DNA of 64,000 bases. It comes from Felis catus. Its lineage: Eukaryota. How positions within the stretch are numbered: position 1 is the first letter of the stretch; every line of letters starts with the position of its first letter. Under the pieces are notes generated by a model. The model searched no databases and was not told the DNA's origin. It worked only from the letters and a program-made list of their open reading frames with translations. The DNA lies in the NCBI RefSeq assembly GCF_018350175.1, contig NC_058368.1, forward strand, positions 212,414,001 to 212,478,000. Direction: 5' to 3'. Below, in pieces: positions 1-13,337 of the stretch. The translations under genes were made by a program, and so were the position numbers.

Positions 1-143
1 CAAGCCCCATGTTGGGCTCTGTGCTGACAGTGCAGAGTCTGCTTTGGATTCTCCCCCTCTCTCTCTGCCCCTTCCCCACGTACCTCTGTGCTTTAGCTCT
101 ATATCTCTGTTTCTCTCACAATAAATAATTAAACAAAAAAAAG
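1..143 (+). mobile_element. CanSINE, 3' part
   Basis: SINE body, (CT)n and A-rich tail. Confidence 0.85.
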
Positions 144-212
144 ATATTTAGCCAGCAGGTCTTCTGCAAGCTGTGATTTACAATATACTAAGGACAGAGG
201 TGGGGAAATGAC

Positions 213-681
213 CAGTAATATCCCTTTAGGATAAAAAGGCCATTTAAGTCTCTTCATGAATTGAATTAATGATATTTTTTCAAAGCATTGGACTTCAACA
301 TCAGGGATCTGAGGATGTCAGAAGTTCAAATATTACCAAACAACAAAGTATCATTAAACCAGTTAAAGGATGTGAATGCTATTTTCCTCAAACCTGATGG
401 AAAGCTACAGATAAACTGTGAAACTCACTAATATAATTTCATTGGATTTCATATAGAAGAACTCTACTAGACAAAAGCTTTGGACCCAAGACATTTAATT
501 GTAGACTTTTTTCCAAAGTAAATATTTTCTGTTATAGACTTTAACAAAAAAGGATTTGCTGTATAAAACCCAAAGACATTTTTAAACATAGCATGATGAA
601 AAGGATTTTTACATGAGTAAAGAAAGCATCTGGGAGTTCTGAATACTTCCTTTGGAAAATAATTATTGCAGAATTATGAAA
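213..681 (-). pseudogene. Pseudo-exon (3'-most in window)
   Basis: KNVFGFYTANPFLLKSITENIYFG, cf. GREB1 NIVTLHVTSFPYALQT...ENKKYFG. IL*LV**YF, cf. FVLVQHY. Boundaries approximate. Confidence 0.55.
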
Positions 682-925
682 CTAATTAAAACAGTCACTT
701 TCAACTTTCAAGGTTAAAGTTTCCATTAAGGTTGATCCTAATAAAAATTTTGGAAGCAGATGAAGTTTGTCTTTGCTGGGCCTGTTAGCCCTATTCAGTT
801 CTATGTCTCTGTCTACCTTCTGCTATGTCTTACTCTAGGATATCTACTGCTCTTATGTACCATGTCCAGGGCTGCCTTCCTATCTTCCACCTCCCTATCA
901 CTAGCATTTTGGACAGCATACTTCG

Positions 926-939
926 GGCTTGCTTGCTTG

Positions 940-982
<43 letters not shown>
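926..982. repeat. (GCTT)n(TTTC)n microsatellite
   Basis: Seen directly. Confidence 0.9.
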
Positions 983-983
<1 letters not shown>

Positions 984-992
984 ATTCTGGGT

Positions 993-993
993 T

Positions 994-1032
<39 letters not shown>

Positions 1033-1128
1033 TAAATATGAAATTTATTTTCAAATTGATTTCCATACAACACCCAGTGCTCATCCCAACAGGTGCCCTC
1101 CTCAATACCCATCACCCACCTACCCCTC
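993..1128 (-). mobile_element. Felid L1 3' fragment with (TTTA)n tail
   Basis: Same 3'UTR terminus as L1-B and L1-C. Confidence 0.85.
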
Positions 1129-1341
1129 CACCTGGGTGGCTCAGTTGGTTAAGCATCTAACTTCAGCTCAGGTCATGATCTCATAGTTTGTCAGTTCGAG
1201 CCCTGCATCAGTCTCTGTGTTGACAGTGTGGAGCCTGGAGCCTGCCTCAGATTCTGTGTCTCCCTCTCTTTCTGCCTCTCCCTGGCTTGTGTTCTGTCTC
1301 TCTCAAAAATAAATAAAAGCATTAAAAAATAAATAAATAAA
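1129..1341 (+). mobile_element. CanSINE (first ~5 nt missing)
   Basis: cctgggtggctcagttggttaag head, (CT)n and tail. Confidence 0.9.
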
Positions 1342-1344
1342 ATT

Positions 1345-1580
1345 TTACCCTCTCTTTCCAGTTACTTCCTAGTTCCTTTCTCTGCTTTATTTTTTTCATG
1401 GCATTTATCACCACCTGATATACTGTTGATTGACTGATTGGTTGATTCTCTATCTACCACTAAAATTGAGCTCTATGAGGACAGTTTTCTTTCCTGCTTT
1501 GATCACTTATTTATTCCATATCAAGTACAGTTCCTGCCAAGTAATATCTCTCAAATATTTGCTGAATGCATGAATGAACT
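1345..1580 (+). mobile_element. L2 3' end
   Basis: gagctctatgaggacag ... aatatttgctgaatgcatgaatgaa. Confidence 0.7.
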
Positions 1581-1659
1581 CCTTTGGAAAAGAATCTAGC
1601 AGTATTTATTCATACTAAAAATGCACATATTGTTTCTCTTAGCAGTCTTACTTGTAAAT

Positions 1660-2125
1660 TAATGTTTGTTGCATATATTTTGCTCCTCCTTGCATTGAGA
1701 GGTGAGGTTTATGTTCCCTTCCCTTGAATCTAGATGTAGACTGTATGACTGACTGACCAACAGAATATGGTTGAAGGGACACTGACAGTTTCCAGAACCA
1801 AGCCTTAAGAGATTAGCAGTTCCTGTTTCCTGTCTGTGGGAAACTTGCTCTTAGAACCAGTCACCATGCGGTGAGGAAGCCTGAGCAGTCCACAGAGAGT
1901 CCAGGTAGAAAGGAATCAAAGTCTTTGATTAATAGTCCCATCTGAGCCCCCCAGCTAACATCCAGCAAGAACTTGCCAACTAATAGCTGTTTGAAATGAG
2001 TCCTTTAGCCCCATTTGAGCTACCCCAGCTGAAGCTGCTGAATTGTTCTGCTGAGCCCTGCTCAAATTTTAAATCCATGAGTAGTTTTGGGGTGGTTTAT
2101 TATGTAAAAATTGGTAACTGAAACA
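1660..2125 (+). mobile_element. MaLR LTR (MLT1-type)
   Basis: Terminus ttttggggtggtttattatg...ggtaactgaaaca. Confidence 0.7.
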
Positions 2126-2329
2126 CCACTTTTTAGGAATCTATTTTATAGAAATAAGAACAACAGAACATAAACATAGATGAATACAGGGATGTTTCTA
2201 GCAATTTTCTTTATGATAGTCCAAAAAAAAAAAAAGCAGGAAAGAAAGAAAATAACCTAGAAACAAAATGAATGCTGATCATCAATCCATTATGGTTAAA
2301 AACAGCTTTATTGTATGACACACAATAAT

Positions 2330-4230
2330 CAACTGCATTTTTATACACTAATAATCTGAAAAGGAAATTACAAAAACAATTCCATTAACAATAGTATCAA
2401 GAAGAATAAAACACTTAGGAATTAACCAAGGAGGGGGAAGTCTTATATAATGAAATTTATAAAACATTGCTAAAATAAATTAAAGACATAATAAATGGAA
2501 ACACATATGTTCATGGGTTGAAAGACTTATGTTGTTCAAATGTCAATTCTACCCAAAGTGATCTACACATTCAATGCAATCCCTATCGAAATCCCAATGA
2601 CATTTTTTTGCAGAAATAGAAAAACCTATCCTTTTTTTAAATATGAAATTTATTGTGAGATTGGTTTCCATACAAGAAAAACCTATCCTAAAATTCATAT
2701 GGGATTTCAAGGAACCCCAGATAGTCCAAAAACTCTTGAAAAAAACATAGCTGGAGCACTCCTGATTTATAAACTTACTATAAACCTTACAGTAAGTAAA
2801 ATAGTGGGGGACTGGCATAAAGATAGACATATAGACCAGTGGGATAGAATAGATAGCTCAGAAATTAATCCTTGTGTATATGGTTGAATGATTTTTGATA
2901 AGGTGCCATGACTATTCACTGGGGGAAAGGACAATCTTTTCAACAAATGGTGCTGGGAAAACTGGATATCCACATGTAAAACAATGAAGTTGGACACTTA
3001 TCTAACATATACAAAAATTAACCTGCAATGGATTAAAGACTTAAATATAAGGCCTAAAACTATAAATCTCCTAAAATAAAGCATGGGACAAAAGATGTAT
3101 GACATTGGACTTGGCAGGGATTTCTTGGGTATGACAATAAAGGCACAGCAATAAAAGAAAAACAAGATAGACAAATTGGGCTTCCTGAAAATTTTAAGAA
3201 TTTTGTGCACCAAAAAACACTCTCAACAAAATAAGAAGGCATTCTTTAGAATGGGAGAAAATATAAATCATGTATTTGATGAGTGATTAATATCCATAGT
3301 ATATGGAAAACTCCTAAAACTCAACAGCAACAGAACAAGAAACTCAATTCAAAAATGGCCAAAAAACTTGAATGGACATTTCCCCAAATAATATGTACAA
3401 ATGGCCAATAGCACATGGAAAGATGCCCAGCATCACTAATCATTAGGAAAGTGCAAGTGAAAACTATAATGAGATACTACTGCCTATCCTTTCAGATGGC
3501 TATTATCCCCAAACAAACAAACAAAACAAAAACAAACAAAAACCCAGAGAACAATAAATGTTGGTGAGGATATGGAGAAATTGAAACCCTGTGCACTGTT
3601 GGTGGGAGTATAAAATGGTATAGCTGCTGCAGAAAACAGTATGGAGGTTTATCAAAAAGTTAAAAATAGAATAACCATATGATCCAGCATTTACACTTCT
3701 GGATATATACCCTGGAGAGTGAAATCAGGATCTCAAAGAGATATTTGTACACCCATGTTCAAGCAACACTATTCACAGGAGCTAAAACATGGAAACAACC
3801 TGTGTCCATCAATAGATGAATGAATAAGCCAAATATCATGTATACATACAAGTGAATATTATTCAGTCTTAAAAAAGTAAAGAAATTCAGACACAGGCTA
3901 TAATATGGATGAAACTTGAGGATGTTATAGTAAATGAAATAAGTCACAAAAAGACATTTTATATGATTCCACTTCTATAACATACAGTACTTAGTGTAGT
4001 GAAAACAATAGAGACAGAAAGGAGAATTGTGGTTGCCAGAGGCTGGAAGGGAATGGGGAGTTATTGTTTAAGGGGTATAGTTTCAGTTTTACAAGATGAA
4101 GAGTCACAGAGATGGATGATGGTGACATAATGGTTGCACATGATGCATGTATTTCTTACCGCTAAACTGTATACTTAAAAATGGTTAAGATGGTAAATTT
4201 TATATGTATTTTACTGAGATAAAAAAAATT
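2330..4230 (+). mobile_element. Old L1 3' portion (ORF2 C-terminus plus 3'UTR, L1MA/MB-like)
   Basis: Degenerate ORF2 ([26 protein letters not shown]) and an old-type 3'UTR ending in an A tail. Confidence 0.9.
2633..2674 (-). mobile_element. 42-bp felid L1 3' tip
   Basis: Matches the L1 3' terminus (atatgaaatttattgt...tttccataca). Perfect TSD agaaaaacctatcct at 2618-2632 and 2675-2689. Confidence 0.9.
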
Positions 4231-4624
4231 AAAGCTCTTTTATGGACTTACTTTGCTATTAATTATTATAAATGAGTTAAAACTATATGTATCAACATGG
4301 AAAGATATCTAGAATGTGTTGATAAATGTGAAAAAGCAAGGTTTAGAATAAAATGGTCAGTATAATTTCATGGGCATAAAAAAGAAAACACTATAAATAT
4401 ATATATTTTGTATATACTCATACAAGCATAAAAAGCATAAAGAATCTATACACCAAACTATTAACATTGATTTTGTCAAGAGAATGGGATTGGATAAGGT
4501 AGCTAGAAAATATTTTATTTTTTAAACACTTCTATATTGTTTGAATAGTTACAAAATACAAATATTGCTCTAGTATTTAAAAAAAATATATATGTTTGGG
4601 CCTCAGGGAAAATAGTAGTGATAC

Positions 4625-4800
4625 ATGTATATGAATGCAGGTGTTTGTTAGGGAACTTTGTTAAAACTGTTGCTCTGTTCCAAGAGAATGGCTTTTCCAT
4701 GGATGTGAGGCTGGCTGAGGATGTCAGGAGCTGTGACAGTGAACAAGATTTTCCTCCATTTCTCCTGCCAATGGCTTTCATGGCAACAATGCTGGGGTGA
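4625..4800 (-). pseudogene. Pseudo-exon
   Basis: Strong acceptor cctttccc(t)7gccag|. Reads HPSIVAMKAIGRRNGGK / ILFTVTAPDILSQPHIHGKAILLEQ with a frameshift. The 3' end is approximate. Confidence 0.5.
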
Positions 4801-4864
4801 CTGGCAAAAAAAGGGAAAGGAATGCTCCTACATTAGTGCAAATGACCTTCTTGAGTGTTAGAAG

Positions 4865-5060
4865 AGGGGTGCCTGGGCGGCTCAGTTGGTTAAACATCTG
4901 ACTCTTGATTTGGGCTCAGGTCATGATCTCATGGTTCGTGGGATGGAGCCCTGTGTCAGGCTCTGCACTGACAGCACGGAGCCTGCTTGAGATTCTCTCT
5001 CTGCCCCTCCTCTGCTCACCCTCTCTCTCTCAGAATAAATAAATAAACTTAAAAAACAAA
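4865..5060 (+). mobile_element. CanSINE
   Basis: ggggtgcctggg head and A tail. Confidence 0.9.
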
Positions 5061-5144
5061 AGAGGGGAACTCTACAATACTAATTTGGCAAGGCAAAGAT
5101 TTTTGGTGATTTTGGAACCTGATTCTAGGGATTTTCAAGATCAA

Positions 5145-5340
5145 GGGGTGCCTGGGTAGCTCAGTCGGTTAAGTATCTGAGTTTGGCCCAGGTCATGATC
5201 TCACGGCTCATTGGTTCGAGCCCTGCATCAGAGCCTGGATCCTGCTTCAGATTCTGTGTCTCCCTCTCTCTCTCTGCCCCTCCCCTGCTTACACTCTGTC
5301 TCTGTCTCTCTTAAAAATAAATAAACATTAAAAAAATTAA
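5145..5340 (+). mobile_element. CanSINE
   Basis: Head, (CT)n and tail. Confidence 0.9.
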
Positions 5341-5830
5341 CAAAAAGTGGAAAACAAGATCTGTCTGATTACTCATTTTAGTTGCTCTGACCTGTTTTCT
5401 GTAGAATCTTCATAGAATTAGGTTCTCAGAGAGTTGATTAGTGGGCAGTTTTCCCAAATGTGTAATAAAGGGAGAATACTTTTGTAACTAATGAGTTATT
5501 TGATGTGGGAGAGGTGTCTGGTAAAAGGGGACTTGCTTTGAAGCCTAGGGACCTCTCTTTCATTAGCAGTGAGGCTGTGGAAAGAGCTAAAGTCTAGGAA
5601 TCAAAAGAACCATGCTCTGATTCTAGTTCTGCTAGTGATTAGCTGACTGACTTTAGGTGAAACCATTTGCCCTTTCTGTGCCTATTTCCTTACTGTATAC
5701 CATACAACATAAGAAAGAAAGATTATGTCTTTCACTGATTACATAAAATGATCATGATATTGGCTTTCTTACAGGAGTTTATAAAAATAAATCACGTCTT
5801 CCTATTTTAACAGCTAGATGGCACTATCAC

Positions 5831-6233
5831 CTCTAACATTTGTTTTAATTTGAATTTAATTGCAGCTGGTGCTGAAAGTGCTATACACTTCTTTCCTTCC
5901 ATGATGGCTCTTGTCAAAATGTATGGCTTACAAATTAAAGGGAATGTAGCTTTGTTGTTTTGAGACACTACATATCTCTTCATAGGAGATTCATCATAGA
6001 TCAACCCGAAGTCTTTGAGAAAACCAAAAGCCATCCTTTTGTAGAGGACAGAATCAATTGTATTATAATCATTCCTTGGGTCTTAGTTGCCTTCGTTTTA
6101 TCAGAGTTCTTTCTTTGTACCCCAGGTGACATGCTGACAGGCCTAGCCTGAGACAGTGCAGTTATGTGAGGAGGGTTGGATTTATTTAGGAAGAATCTGT
6201 CTTTATCTCATCTCCAGATCCAGGGGAAGAGAC
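5831..6233 (-). pseudogene. Pseudo-exon
   Basis: Bounded aactctgcag| ... GAG|GTGATA. DSVLYKRMAFGFLKDFGLIYDESPMKRYVVSQNNKATF, cf. GREB1 SGVLLELGL...VEQYVL...QTKF. Confidence 0.6.
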
Positions 6234-7824
6234 CTGCAGAGTTACAAGCTATGCTTTGTTGATTGTTGAGTCATCGATTTTAGCGATCCCTGAGCAAGCC
6301 AAATTCTGCATTTTAGAATCTAGTACATAAGACCTGGGGAGGTTAAGTGATTTGTTCAAGTTTACTTTAAAAATAGTCTTCAGACTCCCATCCTTTGTTT
6401 TTCTATCCTTTGTTTTGTTTTAATAAACTTACATGGTCTACGTTAGATACCAAAACTAAATGAGAGTTTGCAGGATCACTTTGCATTTACCAACCAACCA
6501 ACCAACCAACCAAACAAACAAATAAAATAAAATTCCATAAGCAGGATGGAATATTTAAACTAGCGCAAATCCCTTATCACCATTTGTGCAACTGTACAGT
6601 CATGTGTAATCAAAGTCTCTGTAATTAAAGTTCCCCATTTCTTAAAAATGGACTTAAGTGATAGTTTGCCTGTCTTACAATATTTCACTGAAAAAAATGT
6701 GAACATTAAGTAGAAAATGGAGAAAAACTGGTTTTCTAAAACAATTTTATAGAACTCCAGCTTATTTTGCCATTTTTTTCCAAGGAAGTTAATTTATCTT
6801 CTTTTAAGTTTATGTATTATTTATAATTTTTTTCCACTTGCAAGTTGCCAGAAGAACATACTTAAAAGGGAGGTCTGTGCCTCCTCAACTTTCCCTTTGT
6901 TCATTTACACAGGAAAGAGTTGTACATGTAGCCTCATCTACTTCCTGATATGCCTGCACAAAAATCATGGAAGTAGTGATAGGCCAACATAATGCTAATT
7001 TCTTTGGATTTTCTTTCTTCAGGTGTTTAGTTACCAAATTGTAAATTCTAAAGAGTCACTAAAATTGTAGAAATCTGCTTGAAAGACTGTAACTGTTTTA
7101 TTGAGGGCACATTATGCATTAGTCATATTTTTTTCTTTCCTTTCTTCAAATCTGTCTCATTCAAAATAAAAATTAAATATTTAGCAGTTTATATTTTTTC
7201 TTTTATTGGCAAACCTTTTCTTCCCCTTGTGTATCATGTTGTGACTACAAGTCACTTTACCTAGAACTGTGAGTATGGTGGATAGTTTTAGGAAATGATG
7301 CTGATAGTAATTTGATATTCTGTGAGTAGTGTTTCCTGGTCTGTTTGAAACCTTTAAAATGAAGAAAATAAATTGAAGGAAATTTGCATGATAATAGTTG
7401 TATTTATAACGTGTTGACTATGAAAATACATGACAAGAAACAACTCTAAATTCAGTAACAGCGTTTACTTGAGTTTGTATTTTATTAGTCATAAAACATA
7501 CACTTATATTTGAAAAATAGAAGTAATTTTATGAACAAAATATATTACGTATTCAATTAAAAGATAGTACTGAATGCATTTAGGGACTTAGATGCAGTTT
7601 CTCTGGAACTTCCCCCACACTATAAGTTGGGAACCATTGTTATAGGATGTCTGCAAGTGAATGGGTTTGTAAAGATTTATATTCAGCTGCAGTTAAAGTG
7701 CATTGGGAGCTTAATGTGTTCCAGGCATTAAACAAAATTGCCTAACATGTATTAATTAACTTAGTCCTCATAGTAGCCCTGTAAGGTAGGTACTAGCATT
7801 GTCCCCATTTTATATAAATGTAGA

Positions 7825-8030
7825 GGGGTGCCTGGATGGCCCAGTGGATTAAGCGTCCGACTTCAGCTCAGGTCATGATCTGGAGGTCTGTGAGTTCAAG
7901 CCCCACATTGAGCTCTTTGCTGACAGCTCAGAACCTGGTGATGCTTCAGATTCTGTGTCTCCCTCTCTCTCTGCCCCTCCCCAGCTTGTGCTGTCTCTTT
8001 CTCTCTCAAAAATAAACAAGAAAAAAAAAA
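7825..8030 (+). mobile_element. CanSINE inserted in a MIR (~7700-8150)
   Basis: TSD ataaatgtaga, with MIR core sequence on both sides. Confidence 0.9.
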
Positions 8031-8369
8031 TAAATGTAGAGAGAAGCTTAGAGGGTTTAAGTCACTTTTCAAAGTCATATAGCTAATAAGTGGCAGATCT
8101 GAGATCTGAGCCCTGGTCTAAGAAATTCTAGAACTGGACACTAACCACAATACTGCCTTTTCCTTCACTGAATTACAGTGTTTTTCAGTTGAGAGTTTAA
8201 TATGTTTTATACCTATAGATAATTCTGATTCTCATGCCTATGTCAAACACACAATCAGGAAAACTGAGATAGACTACCAATTTAAAGCTACTGGGACAAA
8301 AATACATTTTAATTAAAACACAGAGTCAACATAATATACCTAGAAGATATATATGTATATATCATCCAA

Positions 8370-8550
8370 TATGGTGGTTCTCAAGTGGAGTAGGAAGCTA
8401 CTTGGGTGAGTATTAAAATTCAGAATCCAAGACTCTACCACAGCTATACTAAACCCAAATCTCTGGAGGTAGGTGGGCTTAGACATGTGTATTTTCAAAT
8501 ATAGTTCCAGATGAGTTTAATGTATATCCCTGATTAAGAACTCCTGGTCT
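8370..8550. mobile_element. MER5-like hAT DNA transposon relic
   Basis: gtggttctcaa ... ttaagaact termini. Confidence 0.55.
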
Positions 8551-9559
8551 AATTCACCTTCCTCATTTTGTTTTTGAAGAATTGAAGTCCAGAAGGAGAG
8601 CAAGTTATTTCCACACAAGATATAATATTAAAATCTTTGCCATCATCAACATAAACATATATATTTCTTTTTTCAGAGATCTATAGAGATAAAAGACCAT
8701 TTGAGTGTCTTGAAATCTGAATAGGGATACAGGACTTTGGCAAAACAAACAAACAAACAAACAAATAAACAAAAACCCCCAAAACAAAACCATAAATAAT
8801 AAAAATAACATATGTTGGAAAATAACATATGTGAAAAATGACTTACAGCAGAAAGAAAAGAGATTTTAGAGACATCTCTAAGGTAGGCTTCAGAATGGAG
8901 GTAGGTCTTAAAAGAATAGAACTCAGTGGAGTAGAGAGGAGGAATGGGAAGCTTTCCAGGTAGGAGAAGTATTGTGATAAAAAGACAGGGAGGCAGGACA
9001 GTGGACAGAAATTTGGGACAAATGAACAGACCATTCTAGTGGTCTGTCCAAGTGGTCTCAGTCAAGTCCAGTGGCTGAGTTTAAGGGTGGGGATTCATCT
9101 GATGACTTTGGGTCTACCCTATGGAGGTAGAACTGGTTTGCAATTAAGAGTTAGAATGGCAGGTGTAGCTTATCTGGTAGAATTCTGTCACTATTATTCT
9201 TTTCAGACATAAACGATGATAACACATAAGCAAGGAGAATCCTGCTTAGCAATCTCAAAACAGTGCTCTAAACTGCTTTCCATAGTGTAACTTTAAGTAT
9301 CTGTTTTTTAATAGGTTAGTATTCTTAAATTTCAGTGAGGGTTGAAGAGATGGAATTTAGTCTGAGTTTTTAAAATTTGTTCACTACTGTGTTGTTCTCA
9401 CTTTAGCCAAGTATGCCTGTTTTTATATGGACCTCAAGAATTTTCCACAAAATTTCCATCAGTGATACTGATTTTGGCTTAGAAAGAGAAGTGAACTAAA
9501 AGACCATTGTAACTCTTCAAGAAGAATTTATCTATTTATTTTTGTTTACTTTTGTGGAA

Positions 9560-12250
9560 TTTTTAATTTTTAAAATTAAACTTTTTATTCTGAAATATTT
9601 GTAGATCCACATGTGATAGTTGCAAATAATACAGGGAGATCCTGTGCACCTCTGCTGTCAGTGTTGAACCTGCTTTGGATCCTCTCCCCACCCCCCTCTG
9701 TACCTCCCCAACTCCTGCTCTCTCTCAAAAATAAATAAACGTTAACAAAAATTACCATCACCACAAAGATTTCTGATGTTATCCTTTTATCCACCTGTCC
9801 TTTACCCCTCCTTAACCTCTGGCAAACACTAATCTTTTCCCCATTTTTATAATTCTGTTCTATATATCTAATGTTATATTAATGGAATAATACAATATAT
9901 AACATTTAGGGATCAGCTTTTTTTTTTTCACTTAGCATAGTTCTCTGGAGATATGACCAGGTTGTTGCCAGTATCAATAGTTTGTTCCTTTTTATTGTAG
10001 TCTATAATGGTTTGAGTGTATCATTTTGTTTAGCTTTTTAAATAATTTAGGTATTATTATACATTGGTCATCACAGTCTACTGGTGCCATCATTTTACCA
10101 ATTTGAGTGAAGTATAGAAACCTTACCTCCTTTATTTACAATATAACTACCCTCCCTCATTTACAATATGATTGTCCTAAATATTTCCTGTACATACATT
10201 TTGAATTACATCAGATAGTATTATATTTTTTGCTTCAACTATCAAACATAATTTAGAAAACTGAAAAGGAAAGTCTGTTGTATTTATTCATGTTTTTGCT
10301 TACTGGGTTCTTTCTTCTTTCTTGATGTTACAAGTTTCCTTCTTTTATCATTTCTTTTCTGTTTAAAAAACTTTTAGAGTAGGTCTACTGGTGATAAATT
10401 CTGTTGGTTTATCTTCATCTGAAAATGTCTTGATTTCTACTTTATTTTTGAAGGATTTTTTCATTAGATATAGAATTTTGGGTTGACAGTTCTTTTCTTC
10501 CAGCTCTTTAAAAATGGTATGCTTATTTCCTTCTGGTCTGCATGGTTTTTGATTAGTAATCTACTATCATCTGAATTGTTTTTCCCTTATAGGTAAGGTG
10601 CATCTTTTTTTGCTGCTTTTAAGACCTTTCGTTGGTTCAGTGTTTGGCTACGATGCATAATTGGTGTGCATTTCCTTGGGTTTATCCTGTTTGGGAATAT
10701 TTTCACCTTCTTGAATGTATTTTGCCAAATTTAGGTAGTTGTCAGTCAACTATTATTTTTTCAAGTACTTTTCCAGCCCTACTCTTTTTCTTCACTCTTT
10801 CCAGGATTCTAAAACATAAATGTTAGATTTTTTGTTATAATTCCTTAGGTCCCTTAACTCTGTTAGTTTTTTACAGTGTATCTTTTTTCTTCAGATTAGG
10901 TAATTTCTATTGTTTTATCTTTTGGCTCACTGATTTTTTTTTTTTTTTTTTGGCCCATTCTGCTGTTGAGCTTATCCACTGAGTTTTTTATTTCAGTTAT
11001 TGTATTTTTCAATTCTAAAGTTCCCATTTGGTTCTTATTTATATTTATATCTTCTATTCTTTGCTAAGACTTTCTCTTGGTTAAGATTTTCTATTTTGTT
11101 TTGAGCATATTTGTGATTGCTCATTCAAACATTTTTTATTATGGCTGCTTTCGAATCTTTGTTATATAATTCTAAGATTTCTATGATCTTCATATTGACA
11201 TCTGTTGATTGCACTTGTTTACTCAGTTTTAGATTTTTATGGTTCTTGGTATGATAACTGTCAGTTGAAACCTGGGTATTTTGCTATGTTAAGAGATTCT
11301 ATATCTTATTTAAATCTCTAAGGTGGTTTTTTCTGACACTAAGTGAAGGAGAGGTGCCACCTCCTTAATGCCAGGTTGGGGTAGAAGTCCATCCAGGTTC
11401 TTTGGGTCCCTTGGTACTCAAGGGAGAATACTCCTTGTTACTACTGGGCAGGGATAGAAGTCCCAGCTGTCCACTAGGTCTTCACTGATACCTTCCTGGC
11501 TGGGAACACTCCTTACTGCTTTCTATCTGACCACCACTGACAACACAGAGAGGAGGAGTGGCCTCATTTCTCCTGGAGAGTAGCATTAAGTCCTTACTTT
11601 CCTCTAGGGTTCCTCTAACACCACTGTAGTAGGAAGAAAAAGGTTATCATGTTACTGCTGGGTAGGGATAGAAGTCCATGCTCCCCATGTGGTCTCTGCT
11701 GATACCATGGCTGTGTATGCAAGAGAGGGTGGCTCATTACTGCCCACAGGGATAGATGTCCCAGTTTCCTATTTACTTCTCTGATAAGTAAATGGGTGGT
11801 GAGTATTATGATGCCTTATTATAGCCTGGTTATGGTGGAAGTCTAGGGTCCTCAATTGCCCTCTCCTAGTGGGGGTGAGGGTGGGGGTTGGGTCAATTTC
11901 CTCTGTGGTACTCATTTTCTGTGGTGTTTATTTTCTAAACATTTTTTGTCTTGTTACACTATTCCTTTCCTGGACTTTTGGCTAAAGAAAGCAGGCTGTT
12001 TTTTGTCTGTTTTATTTATTGATGTTTCTGGATTGCTGATTTGTTCAGCTCCAAGTCTGGGATATATGAGGCAAACAGAAAATGTAGGGAACCCACCACC
12101 ATGTTGTTACTTGGGTCTTGAGGTCCCCAGCTCATCTTCCTTCTTCTCTTAACCATTTAGTCTTCTTATGTCTGTTTTATACATAATATCAAGGGTTTTG
12201 TATTATTTAATAAGAGGAATATGGAAAAGTGCATCTACTCCACCTTCCTG
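9560..12250 (-). mobile_element. Old L1 (L1MC/ME-like) fragments, with a SINE remnant near 9645-9750
   Basis: T-rich degenerate antisense L1 sequence. Boundaries approximate. Confidence 0.65.
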
Positions 12251-12715
12251 GAAGGGAAGTCCTCAGAAGAATTTGTTTTTAACATTAGAACTTCCGGATT
12301 CCAGATGTTCTGATTGCATAATTTGTATGCTTGCTATTTGTGTGAAAGGTGGCCTTTCATATTGGTTTATCCCTTCAAAAATTAATGAATTTTCCCTAAA
12401 TAAACGAGTTACTACTTTTCAAGTGAAGCATTTAAATAGATGCTATTTTTAAAACACTTTGTTTTTTAGTGGCATTTTACTCTCTAAATCACTGTTTCTT
12501 ATTTTTTGGAAGGATTTAGGGAGGTATCAAAAGACTTGTTTGAGAATCTGATTAAAACAATATACTTTCTGCCCCCAAATTTTGTTTACCATTTATGAGA
12601 TTCACAGATAGCCTATAGCACCTTGTAAATAATCTCTTTCTTAACATGAGCTGTGAAGTTGACAAACCACCAAGAATAGAGAAGGGAAAAAAATGTTAGG
12701 AAATATAGGACTCAG

Positions 12716-12779
12716 GACTCTTTCTATGACAGGCTGGTAGTCCTCACACCCAAGCTCTACAAAACTCCATTTTGTTAGC
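12716..12779 (-). pseudogene. Candidate small pseudo-exon
   Basis: Acceptor tctacctag|. LTKWSFVELGCEDYQPVIER is phase-compatible with the preceding candidate. Donor unclear. Confidence 0.3.
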
Positions 12780-13065
12780 CTAGGTAGACAGTTGACTTGT
12801 ATGTACAGGAAGAAACTTCTGTCAGTTGTAATTAATGCAGTCCTTAAATGTGGTGGAGATACCATTCTAATCTAGGTCTTCTTTACTTTAATACCTATAG
12901 TATATTTCTTAAACACTCAGTGTTTTCTGTCATTTATTTATTTGCAGCTATCTCTTTGGGGAATTCCCTAATCACATAGGCCATATCCTTACCTTTGGAT
13001 TGGCCATAACTTGGCATGAAAAGCAACTGTTATGTGCAAAAAAAAAAGTATTGATAAAGACTGAG

Positions 13066-13260
13066 GGGCACCTGGGTGGCTCAGTTGGTTGAGTGTCCAA
13101 CTCTTGGTTTGGCTTAGGTCATGATCTCATGGTTTGTGTGCTGACAGTCAAAGCCTACTTGGGATTCTCTCTTTCCCTCTCTCTCTCTCTCTCTCTTCCC
13201 CTATCCTGCTCATTCTCTCTCTCTCTCCCCCCCCCTCAAAATAAATAAACTTAAAAAAAT
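13066..13260 (+). mobile_element. CanSINE
   Basis: Head, (CT)n and tail. TSD actgag. Confidence 0.88.
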
Positions 13261-13337
13261 ACTGAGATTTTCTTCCTTGTTGAACAAAAGATTGATGTGG
13301 ATGACCGTTGCTGAGGAAAGATTGCTAAAGAGAGTTT

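Noticed and set aside
760..1186. Hydrophobic, membrane-like ORFs
   Set aside because: Translations of the (TTTC)n and (TTTA)n microsatellites.
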